Assembly: GCA_005239605.1 (NCBI GenBank)
Contig: SBBS01000016.1
Location: forward strand, 1-30,410
Source: a bacterium
GTDB lineage: Bacteria > Patescibacteriota > Minisyncoccia > Ryanbacterales > 2-02-FULL-48-12
Length of the DNA: 30,410 nt
Direction: 5' to 3'
Shown here piece after piece: positions 1-7,488 of the stretch; positions within the stretch are counted from its first letter, which is position 1, and every line of letters starts with the position of its first letter. The translations under genes were made by a program, and so were the position numbers. Below the pieces are notes generated by a model that was not told where the DNA came from, searched no databases, and saw only the letters and a program-made list of their open reading frames with translations.

Positions 1-98
1 ATTTTGAAGCGCCAGCAGGGCTCACGCAAGAAATTTTCACCAAGCCCCGGCCGGATTTCGGGAATTTTTAGCCGAAAATTTATTAAGGGACAGGTCTA
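1..98 (-). repeat. Partial copy (cut by window start) of the TAGACCTGTCCC REPIN/MITE-like element
   Basis: Reverse complement of 1-98 aligns to 6624-6721 with 5 mismatches in 98 nt, including the full 24-bp end (75-98). Confidence 0.93.
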
Positions 99-130
99 AA
101 GTTTCTAATTGTTATTTCATAGTGTGCTGT

Positions 131-658
131 CTATATATTCGTATACACTTCTCGCACATCAGGGTGGTCGGAGAGGAATTCTACAAGCTCGTCTATCTGA
201 GCCTGCGTAGTCTCATCCGCTTCCATGGTGGTTGTGGGCGTATACGAGCCGTCCGGATGTTTTTCAAACGCCCACAGCGCTCCGCCCGGGGCCATTTTGG
301 CGTTGTGCTCGCCTAAAATGGCGCGCACCTCGGCAAATGTGCGGTTGTTGTTGTCGGTAATGCCTACAATCACAAGCGCCACACCTCCCGGACCATATGC
401 TTCGTAGATCACCTCCGCAAGCGATTCCTCTTTGTCAGCGCCCTTTTTAATGGCGCGCTCAATGGTGTCTTTGGGAATGTTTGCGGCTTGCGCTTTTTCT
501 ATGAGTGTGCGGAGTGTGGGGTTGAGATCCGTGCTCGGGCCTTTTTCGCGCACGGATAAACTGATAGCTTGGGTGATTTTTGAAAACACCTTGCTTTTTT
601 TAGCATCAGTCGCCGCTTTTTTGTGTTTAATTTGCGCCCACTTGGAATGTCCTGACAT
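131..658 (-). CDS. yebC: YebC/PmpR family protein, short form (175 aa)
   Basis: Diagnostic N-terminus MSGHSKWAQIKHKK, YEAYGPGG and C-terminal DHPDVREVYTN. Confidence 0.95.
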   Translation of the reverse strand: MSGHSKWAQIKHKKAATDAKKSKVFSKITQAISLSVREKGPSTDLNPTLRTLIEKAQAANIPKDTIERAIKKGADKEESLAEVIYEAYGPGGVALVIVGITDNNNRTFAEVRAILGEHNAKMAPGGALWAFEKHPDGSYTPTTTMEADETTQAQIDELVEFLSDHPDVREVYTNI

Positions 659-668
659 AGAGATTAAT

Positions 669-1187
669 TTATAATGTGTGCGCTTGTCTGGAACAGTCCA
701 GAATAATTTTCTTTGCTTCTTCCAAACGCGGGATTTCGCGCACGGTGAAATTTTTATGCCCGGCGGTTTGGATTGTCATGTTTCCAAAACCAAACAGCGT
801 CATAATAATGGTGGGAACTTCTGTTGTTATATCTTGAATATTTGCGACGAGAAATTCTGAGATTTCACGGTTAAAGAGGCCGCGTTGTTCCACATCAATA
901 ACTCGTTTTGTTGTTATAATCCACACATCCAGACGATAGTTAATCCAGATGGCAAACATTAATGCCAGAATAAGCAGTGCGTACAAAGAAAGCAAGAAGG
1001 CGACTACCGGGTCAACAACACCATCATCAACAATCTCATACCAGACGCTTTTTACGGAAAAAACAAGGATTCCCATAATAATCATAAAGATTACAGCAAG
1101 AAGTTCTCGCACTAAAACAAGCCAATGGCGATGCAAGACCAAAAGCACGCGCTCGTTGTGTTCAAGATGAAGTGAAGGTATGGGCAT
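669..1187 (-). CDS. Membrane protein with bacterial PH domain (bPH_2/YdbT-like)
   Basis: Two hydrophobic segments followed by WIITTKRVIDVEQRGLFNREISE...IQD...FGFGNMTIQTAG, typical of bPH_2 proteins. Confidence 0.75.
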   Translation of the reverse strand: MPIPSLHLEHNERVLLVLHRHWLVLVRELLAVIFMIIMGILVFSVKSVWYEIVDDGVVDPVVAFLLSLYALLILALMFAIWINYRLDVWIITTKRVIDVEQRGLFNREISEFLVANIQDITTEVPTIIMTLFGFGNMTIQTAGHKNFTVREIPRLEEAKKIILDCSRQAHTL

Positions 1188-1190
1188 GCA

Positions 1191-1400
1191 TTATGATAAT
1201 AAATTGTTCCACGGGACGCGCAGAAAAAAATACAAGGAAAGGATAATAAGAATTACAGACAGCGCGATAAACGGCACAACGAACGTGTGCAGCGGATCTT
1301 CCGGCACGGCGTATGCGCGGATATGGTAGATAAGCGCGGCGGCAAAAGCGCCATACCCGGCAATAAAGATACTAAAAAGAATGAGCGCCAAGGAAAACAT
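1191..1400 (-). CDS. Small two-TM membrane protein
   Basis: 69 aa with two hydrophobic helices; fills the gap between ruvB and the PH gene with 3-6 nt spacing. Confidence 0.7.
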   Translation of the reverse strand: MFSLALILFSIFIAGYGAFAAALIYHIRAYAVPEDPLHTFVVPFIALSVILIILSLYFFLRVPWNNLLS

Positions 1401-1406
1401 GTCGGT

Positions 1407-2444
1407 TTAAAGCAATGTTTCTTGCATGTTGGCCGGTAATGGAATTTGCAGGTGTTCATAAGCCAAGCGCGTTGCCATGCGTCCGCGCGGCGTGCGTTCC
1501 AAAAAGCCGATTTGAAGGAGATATGGCTCATGCACATCTTCAATGGTCTCTATTTCTTCCGATGTGGAAGCAGCCAAAGTTTGAATGCCTACCGGTCCGC
1601 CGTTGTATTTAGCTATTATTGTTTCCAGAATGCGTCTATCGCCTATTTCAAGGCCTTTTTGGTCCACATCAAGAAGGCGCAAGGCCTCACGGGCAGTGTC
1701 AGCGGTAATGATGCCGTTTCCGCGAACCTCCGCGTAATCACGGCACCGTTTAAGAAAACGGTTTGCCACGCGCGGGGTGGAACGGCTTCGAAGGGAAAGC
1801 TCAGTTATTGCCTCCGGTTCAATGGAAACATTCAACAGGGCGGCTGATCGTTGTACGATGCGTTCTATATCGTCATGGCTGTAAAAAGAAAGGCGGTAGG
1901 TGCCGCCGGAAAACCGCGAGCGGAGCGGCGATGATAAAAGCGCCATGCGCGTGGTGGCGGCAAGAAGTGTAAAGGATGGAAGATCTAATTGCAATACGCG
2001 GGCGGACGGCCCTTTTCCGATTACTATATCAAGCGTGCGCGATTCCATTGCCGGATACAATATTTCTTCCACGAGTTTGTTGAGGCGATGTATTTCGTCA
2101 ATAAAAAGGATATCGCCCGGGGAGAGGTTTGTAAGAACAGACGCAAGATCTCCCACGCGCTCAATGGCGGGACCGGATGTTACGCGGATGGGAGAATTCA
2201 TTTCATGGGCAATAAGATGGGCAAGCGTTGTTTTTCCCAGACCGGCGGGGCCGTAAAACAAAATGTGTTCCAGCGGCTCGCCGCGCTTGCGCGCCGCCTC
2301 CAGAGAAATAGCAAGGTTTTTTTTAATCGCGTCTTGCCCGATATATTCGTCCCATGTGCGGGGACGCAGTGACGCGTCCAATGTTGTGTCTTCTTTTTGT
2401 TCCTTGCTGCTTGCAACGGATATTTCTTTCGTTTGATTGGTCAT
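1407..2444 (-). CDS. ruvB: Holliday junction branch migration helicase RuvB
   Basis: [12 protein letters not shown], Walker [25 protein letters not shown]. Start moved to ATG 2444 because the ORF-track extension to 2525 covers promoter DNA. Confidence 0.97.
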   Translation of the reverse strand: MTNQTKEISVASSKEQKEDTTLDASLRPRTWDEYIGQDAIKKNLAISLEAARKRGEPLEHILFYGPAGLGKTTLAHLIAHEMNSPIRVTSGPAIERVGDLASVLTNLSPGDILFIDEIHRLNKLVEEILYPAMESRTLDIVIGKGPSARVLQLDLPSFTLLAATTRMALLSSPLRSRFSGGTYRLSFYSHDDIERIVQRSAALLNVSIEPEAITELSLRSRSTPRVANRFLKRCRDYAEVRGNGIITADTAREALRLLDVDQKGLEIGDRRILETIIAKYNGGPVGIQTLAASTSEEIETIEDVHEPYLLQIGFLERTPRGRMATRLAYEHLQIPLPANMQETLL

Positions 2445-2450
2445 GTGTCT

Positions 2451-2459
2451 AGTATACCA
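2451..2459 (-). promoter_or_regulatory. Extended -10 promoter of ruvB (TGgTATACT), 6 nt before ATG
   Basis: Minus strand reads TGGTATACT-AGACAC-ATG. Confidence 0.65.
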
Positions 2460-2511
2460 TTTGAAGCAAGTTTTCAAATGCGCTCTGATTTGTGAGCTCG
2501 TGCGGCGGGAG

Positions 2512-2540
2512 TTGACAACTGCCAAAAAACCTGATATCCT
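2512..2540 (+). promoter_or_regulatory. Sigma70-type promoter for the intergenic RNA
   Basis: TTGACA (2512-2517), 17 nt, TATCCT (2535-2540) with a TGn extension; no credible plus-strand CDS follows. Confidence 0.75.
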
Positions 2541-2571
2541 TTACAGGATTTCAGTTTATCCAGTTTACCCT

Positions 2572-2744
2572 AATTCTTGTTCGCAGCCTCCAGGCGATTA
2601 AGGTTATGAATCCTTATCTGGGCTTTTCCCCCGCGGGAAGTTCGGTTGCCGGCTTATGCCAGGCGTACGGAGCTTTTCCCGAGAAAAGTTCTCAGTCCTT
2701 GTACCTATGCGAGGACAATTACCTGGAGGCTGCGGAAAAGAATT
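2572..2744 (+). ncRNA. Structured ncRNA, 6S RNA (SsrS)-like candidate
   Basis: Closing stem of about 28 bp, 2572-2599/2717-2744 (perfect core GCAGCCTCCAGG/CCTGGAGGCTGC), central bubble, internal stems 2618-2628/2683-2695 and 2634-2643/2670-2681, terminal hairpin 2648-2664. Many non-Watson-Crick pairs are G-U on the + strand. Upstream promoter present. The structure is well supported; the 6S identity is an inference. Confidence 0.6.
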
Positions 2745-4427
2745 TTACTCCTCTTTTGCTTCTCCGGTAACCCGTGTTATTTCTTTAATCGCGGTAATGC
2801 CGTCAAAAACTTTTAAGATGCCGTCTTGCTGCATCGTGAGCATACCCTGATGCTTTGCGGCATTTCGGATATCAGATTCCGAAGGAGTTTGAAGGATAAG
2901 ATGTTCAATTTCATCATTAATCATAAATACTTCAAAAATACTGATGCGTCCTTTGTAGCCGATCCCGCCGCATACATCGCATCCCCGCGCGCGCCATATG
3001 GGTTGTTTTGTGAAATTTGGTTTTATATACGGATGGGGTAAATCTTTCATAACTTCCTGCATATATTGAATTTCAACATGTTCGGGTGTATACATTTCGC
3101 GGCATACCAGGCAAAGCCGCCGCACGAGCCGCTGTGCCAAGGTCAGATTGATCGCGGGCGCGATGATAGTGGGACGCACGCCAAGATCAATCAGGCGCGG
3201 AATGGTTCCCGGAGCGTTGTTGGTATGGAGCGTGGAGAAAACTAAATGTCCGGTAAGCGCGGCATGCATGGCAATTTCTGCCGTTTCTAAGTCGCGTATT
3301 TCGCCGACAAGTATAACGTCCGGATCCTGGCGCACGATAGACCGAAGGCCGTTGGAAAATGTGTATCCCCGTTCTTTGTCCACCTGTGTCTGGTTAATTT
3401 CTTTCAGATGATATTCTATCGGATCCTCAATGGAAACAATGCTGATGTCCGGCGAGTTGATGTGTTTTACAAACGCATAGAGCGTTGTTGTTTTTCCCGC
3501 GCCCGTGGGGCCGGTGGTGAGAATCATGCCATTCGGCTTGTTCAGTTCCGCTTTTACGAGTTCAAGTATGGGCGGCTGCATACCAAGATCTTCCAGGGAT
3601 AACGATATCAATTTTGGGTCAAGAATGCGTATCACTATCGATTCGCCGTATGCCCCCGGAAGCGTGGAAGTGCGCACCTCAATGTCTTCTTTGTCCTCCC
3701 CGCGGATGGTAAACCGGCCGTCTTGCGATTCTTTTTTTATATTCAGTTTAATGCCGGACACAAGCTTGATACGCGAAAGGATTAGATTATATATGCGCGT
3801 TGAAAAAAAAAGCACATCATGTAGAACGCCGTCAATGCGCACGCGAAGCCGCGTGGTTTCTTCTTCCGGTTTTATGTGGATATCGGAGACTTCAAGAATT
3901 CGTGAGGCTTCCAATAGCACTTCCAGCGTGAGCGACACGCGCCGTTCTTCCGTTGACGCGGTGAGCGGCTCAAGTATATCTCGGAGTTGTTGAATCGTTC
4001 GCAGGGTTTTTAATTCTTTCGGCAGTATGTTGTCGTCCAGAATAACAATGCCGCCGGGCAAAGGTTGCGCGCCCGGAGCTTCTTTGTATTTTTCCCAAGC
4101 AAGTTCCAAACTGTTCCGAGAAACCATAAACACCTCCGGTTGGTAGTGTTTTTGCTTGAGTTTTTCAATTATATGCTCGGCGATTTTGGAATTGGGGTTG
4201 CGGATGGCAACTTTAATTTTTTTTCCTACCATTTGAAACACCACAAGCTCTGCTTCCCGCGCTTCCATTTCGGGCACTAATAAAAGGGCGTTTGTATTCA
4301 CGCCAACATCCAGCTTGAGATAAGGCAGGTTGTATTTTTGAGAGAGAATGCGCGCAAGATCTTCTTCTTCCTGCAAGTGAAGAGATTGAAGATGTTTTTC
4401 TACTATTTCATCATCGGGGCGAGTCAT
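2745..4427 (-). CDS. pilB: Type IV pilus assembly ATPase PilB / GspE family
   Basis: SDIHIKP, Walker A GPTGAGKTT, IEDPIEY, RQDPDVILVGEIRD, STLHTN, Zn motif CLVC...CDVC. Confidence 0.9.
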   Translation of the reverse strand: MTRPDDEIVEKHLQSLHLQEEEDLARILSQKYNLPYLKLDVGVNTNALLLVPEMEAREAELVVFQMVGKKIKVAIRNPNSKIAEHIIEKLKQKHYQPEVFMVSRNSLELAWEKYKEAPGAQPLPGGIVILDDNILPKELKTLRTIQQLRDILEPLTASTEERRVSLTLEVLLEASRILEVSDIHIKPEEETTRLRVRIDGVLHDVLFFSTRIYNLILSRIKLVSGIKLNIKKESQDGRFTIRGEDKEDIEVRTSTLPGAYGESIVIRILDPKLISLSLEDLGMQPPILELVKAELNKPNGMILTTGPTGAGKTTTLYAFVKHINSPDISIVSIEDPIEYHLKEINQTQVDKERGYTFSNGLRSIVRQDPDVILVGEIRDLETAEIAMHAALTGHLVFSTLHTNNAPGTIPRLIDLGVRPTIIAPAINLTLAQRLVRRLCLVCREMYTPEHVEIQYMQEVMKDLPHPYIKPNFTKQPIWRARGCDVCGGIGYKGRISIFEVFMINDEIEHLILQTPSESDIRNAAKHQGMLTMQQDGILKVFDGITAIKEITRVTGEAKEE

Positions 4428-4433
4428 GGAGTC

Positions 4434-4442
4434 ATTATATCA
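4434..4442 (-). promoter_or_regulatory. Extended -10 promoter of pilB (TGaTATAAT), 6 nt before ATG
   Basis: Minus strand reads TGATATAAT-GACTCC-ATG. Confidence 0.65.
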
Positions 4443-4468
4443 TGAAACATGAAACATGGAACAAAAAA
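4441..4468. repeat. Short imperfect heptamer tandem repeat
   Basis: CATGAAA CATGAAA CATGGAA CAAAAAA. Confidence 0.6.
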
Positions 4469-4523
4469 CTTTTACTTCCCCACTAAGAAAGCTGCAGCCG
4501 TAAGGGTGTGGATGGTCTACTTT

Positions 4524-5444
4524 TTAATCCATAACACGTTCTATGTTATGTGTTACGTGTTTTAGAAGTTTCCGCATTTCTGTTTCTGCTTCGCTAAAAT
4601 TGGCGAACCCGCGTATGACAAGATTGCCGTTTGCGGCGGGCGTTTCCGCCGCCTGGGCTATTTGTCTAACAGTGTTCGGATCAGTTCCGGAAACTAAAAT
4701 ATGAACATTATTCGCGGCAGAATCCTGATCTTGCCACAAAACAATGCATAATGCCGGCAGTTTCATCGCAACGCGCATGTCCGCGACAAGCGCGGGGAGT
4801 ATGTTTGCGGATTGATTTGTTTTTTCAAAATCCTCTTTAGGAAGAAATGCCCAGAATACCGCGTCTTTGTCTTCCATGTAAGAGCGCAGTAAAGCGCGGC
4901 TCCAAAGTTTCATGGTGTTTATTTCCCACTGATTTATCGGAGAGAGCGATTTTTTTTCTGTTTTTGCCTGCACGTGCGAGAGATGTATAAGGGCGGCCGG
5001 GTTTTTTAAGGGAGTTTCTGTCTCAAGCGTGCGTGTTATATCGGTTTCATCCGCAAATCCAAGAGCAATAATCATGTCGCTGGGGATGTGGCGATGTTCC
5101 AATTCAAACGCGTCTTTGGTGAGTTCATGGCGCGGGGAGAGAAATATACGAAGCTTGCTGCCTTCTTTTTCATACCGCAGTTCGTCCACCGGGTTGGTAT
5201 CTATATCAAGCGCCAGCGCGAACTCTTTTTGCGGGCGTTCTTTTTTAAACATATGGCTCCAGCGGTCTTGCAGGTGCTCGGGTGCGTTTAATATGAAAGC
5301 TTTGTCTCCGAGCCGTTCTTTAAGCGCGTGCGCGGCAAGAAGCTCCGCGTCTCCCGACTCCGGCCCCAGCACAATACCAATACGCGCGCTTTGTTCCGCG
5401 AGGGTTAAAATGTTCAACACGTGTTGTAGATCGCGCATTTCCAT
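4524..5444 (-). CDS. Hypothetical protein (306 aa), possibly a degenerate DHH/DHHA1 (NrnA-like) fold
   Basis: Start at MEMRDLQ; the upstream ORF extension overlaps the opposite-strand gene 5559-6266. Layout resembles DHH-family proteins (IGIVLG...DAELLAAHAL, SDMIIALG) but there is no DHH motif. Family call from memory only. Confidence 0.6.
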   Translation of the reverse strand: MEMRDLQHVLNILTLAEQSARIGIVLGPESGDAELLAAHALKERLGDKAFILNAPEHLQDRWSHMFKKERPQKEFALALDIDTNPVDELRYEKEGSKLRIFLSPRHELTKDAFELEHRHIPSDMIIALGFADETDITRTLETETPLKNPAALIHLSHVQAKTEKKSLSPINQWEINTMKLWSRALLRSYMEDKDAVFWAFLPKEDFEKTNQSANILPALVADMRVAMKLPALCIVLWQDQDSAANNVHILVSGTDPNTVRQIAQAAETPAANGNLVIRGFANFSEAETEMRKLLKHVTHNIERVMD

Positions 5445-5502
5445 AGATTTTTCTTTGTTTATGCAGGCATATCTAGCACATCTGTGGTTGTAAAGGAAGT
5501 AT

Positions 5503-5550
5503 TGACTTTTGACATTTTTTGGTGTACTGTATAGAAAACTTTGAAGGAGG
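5503..5550 (+). promoter_or_regulatory. Putative promoter and strong SD for the secreted-protein pair
   Basis: TTGACT-N17-TACTGT, then AAGGAGG upstream of ATG 5559. Confidence 0.5.
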
Positions 5551-5558
5551 TCTTTGAT

Positions 5559-6266
5559 ATGAAAAAGGTATTGTGTTTGCTTGTTGTTATTTTTTTTCTT
5601 GTCGGCGTTACCACCTCTGCACATGCGCATCGGCGCTACGGAAGAGGTAGGGGGGTAAGTTGGGAGACTGTGGCTGGTATTGGTATCTTTGCGGCTATTA
5701 TTGGTTACATCGCTTCCAAAAAAAGCGACATACAAGAGAAGGGTATTGACGAAGAATACAGGACCCAGCGGTATAAGATTGATGCCGACACAACGTTGGC
5801 TGCTCCGTCGGCGCTTGGAGACAGAGAAAGCTCCGAGTGGGATCGTCCTCAAGAAGGACGGGCACGAATTTATTCGCCATTGCCTGTTGTCAGGCACATA
5901 CAGCGGCGACCAGAACTGGAACAACGCGCGGACGATGGCCCGGAGCCGGGTGAGTACGCGTCGTATGCGCAAAAAAAATCAACAGTGCCGGTGCCGGACA
6001 TTGCTGATTTAGAGAGCCTTTATAGTTCTCTTGGGAAATATCAGGCAACAAGGCGCGAGATTAGCGCGCTCATGTACAGCATAGAAGAAGTGCAAGATAC
6101 GAGCGAGGCGATGTTTTCGCGACGCGAGCTCCGGAGTGATCTGGATTACCTGAATTCACTTCAAGAAAAGGTTTTACAGAAAGGAGCTCCGGTTGCGGAG
6201 ATTGCCGCGCTGGAAAAACTTATTAAGTACATTGAATTGGCCGTTTTTGGAAAGGAGATATCGTGA
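5559..6266 (+). CDS. Hypothetical exported/membrane protein (235 aa)
   Basis: SD AAGGAGGT, signal peptide MKKVLCLLVVIFFLVGVTTSAHA, then an Arg/Gly-rich stretch, a second hydrophobic segment and a helical C-terminus. Confidence 0.8.
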   Translation: MKKVLCLLVVIFFLVGVTTSAHAHRRYGRGRGVSWETVAGIGIFAAIIGYIASKKSDIQEKGIDEEYRTQRYKIDADTTLAAPSALGDRESSEWDRPQEGRARIYSPLPVVRHIQRRPELEQRADDGPEPGEYASYAQKKSTVPVPDIADLESLYSSLGKYQATRREISALMYSIEEVQDTSEAMFSRRELRSDLDYLNSLQEKVLQKGAPVAEIAALEKLIKYIELAVFGKEIS

Positions 6267-6532
6267 AGATGGCAGTGTTTTTTTTCTTATTTTTAACGTT
6301 GGCAACCGCTGCCGCGCCGGCACATGCGTGGCGGGATGATTACTCTTACCACTATCGGGACCGATACCGGCGCTGGTATAGCCGCGATTATTACTATCCG
6401 CGCCGGTACTACGACCGGTACTATGGCGGCCGTTGTTGCAACGACGACCGCTATGAGGTAGGCCGCGAGCGGCCCCGGCAAACCTTCCGGCTTAAAAAAC
6501 CGGACGGGACTGAAATTGAAACCACCAGGTAA
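6263..6532 (+). CDS. Small secreted Arg/Tyr/Asp-rich protein (about 89 aa)
   Basis: GTGA overlap with the upstream stop; signal peptide ending APAHA; mature region WRDDYSYHYRDRYRRWYSRDYYYPRRYYDRYYGG; followed by a terminator. Confidence 0.7.
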   Translation: MKMAVFFFLFLTLATAAAPAHAWRDDYSYHYRDRYRRWYSRDYYYPRRYYDRYYGGRCCNDDRYEVGRERPRQTFRLKKPDGTEIETTR

Positions 6533-6545
6533 AGGCGTTTTGTTA

Positions 6546-6591
6546 CGGCAGAGAGAAGTTTCTATAAAGAATTCTTTTCTCTGCTGTTTTT
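6546..6591 (+). terminator. Intrinsic terminator after the secreted-protein pair
   Basis: CGGCAGAGAGAAG...TTCTTTTCTCTGCTG stem followed by TTTTT. Confidence 0.7.
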
Positions 6592-6623
6592 ATTTGTTAT
6601 GAGTTTTGTTGTTTGTGATTTAA

Positions 6624-6786
6624 TAGACCTGTCCCTTAATAAATTTTCGGCTAAAAATTCCCGAAATCTGGCCGGGGCTTGGTAAAAATTTCTTGCGTGA
6701 GTCCTGCGAGCGCTTCAAAATTTTCACCGGCGCCCCATCTCATATTTCTGAAATTTCACTCTAAAATTTATTAAGGGACAGGTCTA
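6624..6786 (+). mobile_element. Complete 163-bp non-autonomous element (REPIN/MITE-like) with perfect 24-bp terminal inverted repeats
   Basis: TAGACCTGTCCCTTAATAAATTTT at 6624-6647 and its exact reverse complement at 6763-6786; homologous copies at 1-98 and 30262-30303; no coding capacity. Confidence 0.88.
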
Positions 6787-6818
6787 ACGGAACATTTGTA
6801 TATAGAGCAGGAAAATTA

Positions 6819-6864
6819 ATCTAGTGCACATCTTTTTGCTATCGCAAAAAGATGTGCACTAGAT
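6819..6864. repeat. Perfect 21-bp inverted repeat with 4-nt loop
   Basis: ATCTAGTGCACATCTTTTTGC-TATC-GCAAAAAGATGTGCACTAGAT. Confidence 0.9.
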
Positions 6865-6942
6865 ATTTATTATATTGTACTGTTCGTTTGTTTTTCTTTA
6901 TCTTTTTTATTGTTCCGGTTTTTGCTAGTATGACGCTTGCTT

Positions 6943-7428
6943 ATGGAATCGCTAGAAATAACAACTCATTCCGCAAGAGAAACACAAAAAATCGGGCGGC
7001 TTTTTGCGCGGGAGATTTTGCATTCTCACATAGAACACTACGGAGCGCTGGTTGTTGCATTGGAAGGCGACTTAGGCGGCGGCAAAACAACGTTTGCGCA
7101 AGGGTTCGCGCGCGGTTTGGGTGTGCGTGAAAAAGTCGCAAGCCCCACATTTATAATCATGCGCCAGCATAATCTCCGGAAGTCTGACTTCCGGATATTT
7201 GTCCACATTGACGCTTATCGCGTGGAAAAAGTTCATGAGTTACATGTATTGGGCTGGCAGGATATACTAAAAGATGCCGGCGCGATTGTGCTGGTAGAGT
7301 GGGCCAACCGCATCCGCCGCATATTGCCGAAAGAATATATGCGAATTCAGTTTGAATTTGTGGACGAAAAAATAAGGAATATCAAATTATCTCAAAACTC
7401 AAATGTTAAAATTCAAAACCAAAACTAA
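6943..7428 (+). CDS. tsaE: tRNA threonylcarbamoyladenosine biosynthesis ATPase TsaE
   Basis: LEGDLGGGKTTFAQG, SPTFIIMR, HIDAYR, LVEWANRI. Start is ATG 6943 or TTG 6937. Confidence 0.95.
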   Translation: MESLEITTHSARETQKIGRLFAREILHSHIEHYGALVVALEGDLGGGKTTFAQGFARGLGVREKVASPTFIIMRQHNLRKSDFRIFVHIDAYRVEKVHELHVLGWQDILKDAGAIVLVEWANRIRRILPKEYMRIQFEFVDEKIRNIKLSQNSNVKIQNQN

Positions 7429-7488
7429 TTTTTTTAACTTTTTAGTTTTAAGTTATGATTTTGAGCTTTGAGCTTTGCGTTTTGAGTT
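7391..7488. repeat. Inverted arrays of degenerate heptamers across the tsaE end and polA start
   Basis: Left arm TCAAAAC TCAAATG TTAAAAT TCAAAAC; right arm TTGAGCT TTGAGCT TTGCGTT TTGAGTT; CTCAAAAC/GTTTTGAG and AAAACTAA/TTAGTTTT are complementary. Confidence 0.7.

Noticed and set aside
2445-2525. N-terminal extension of RuvB in the ORF track
   Set aside because: No RuvB-like content; it covers the ruvB -10 box and the divergent ncRNA promoter.
2656-2850. 64-aa plus-strand ORF starting within the structured RNA
   Set aside because: Begins inside a stem, lacks an SD and runs antisense into pilB.
5445-5972. 176-aa extension making a 482-aa minus-strand ORF
   Set aside because: Overlaps the SD-led, signal-peptide gene on the opposite strand and its promoter; reads as shadow sequence.
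1-6786. Composite transposon bounded by the inverted repeat copies at 1-98 and 6624-6786
   Set aside because: The enclosed DNA is core genes (yebC, ruvB, pilB) with no transposase, and the 6624-6786 copy is itself a complete two-ended unit; independent insertions explain it better.
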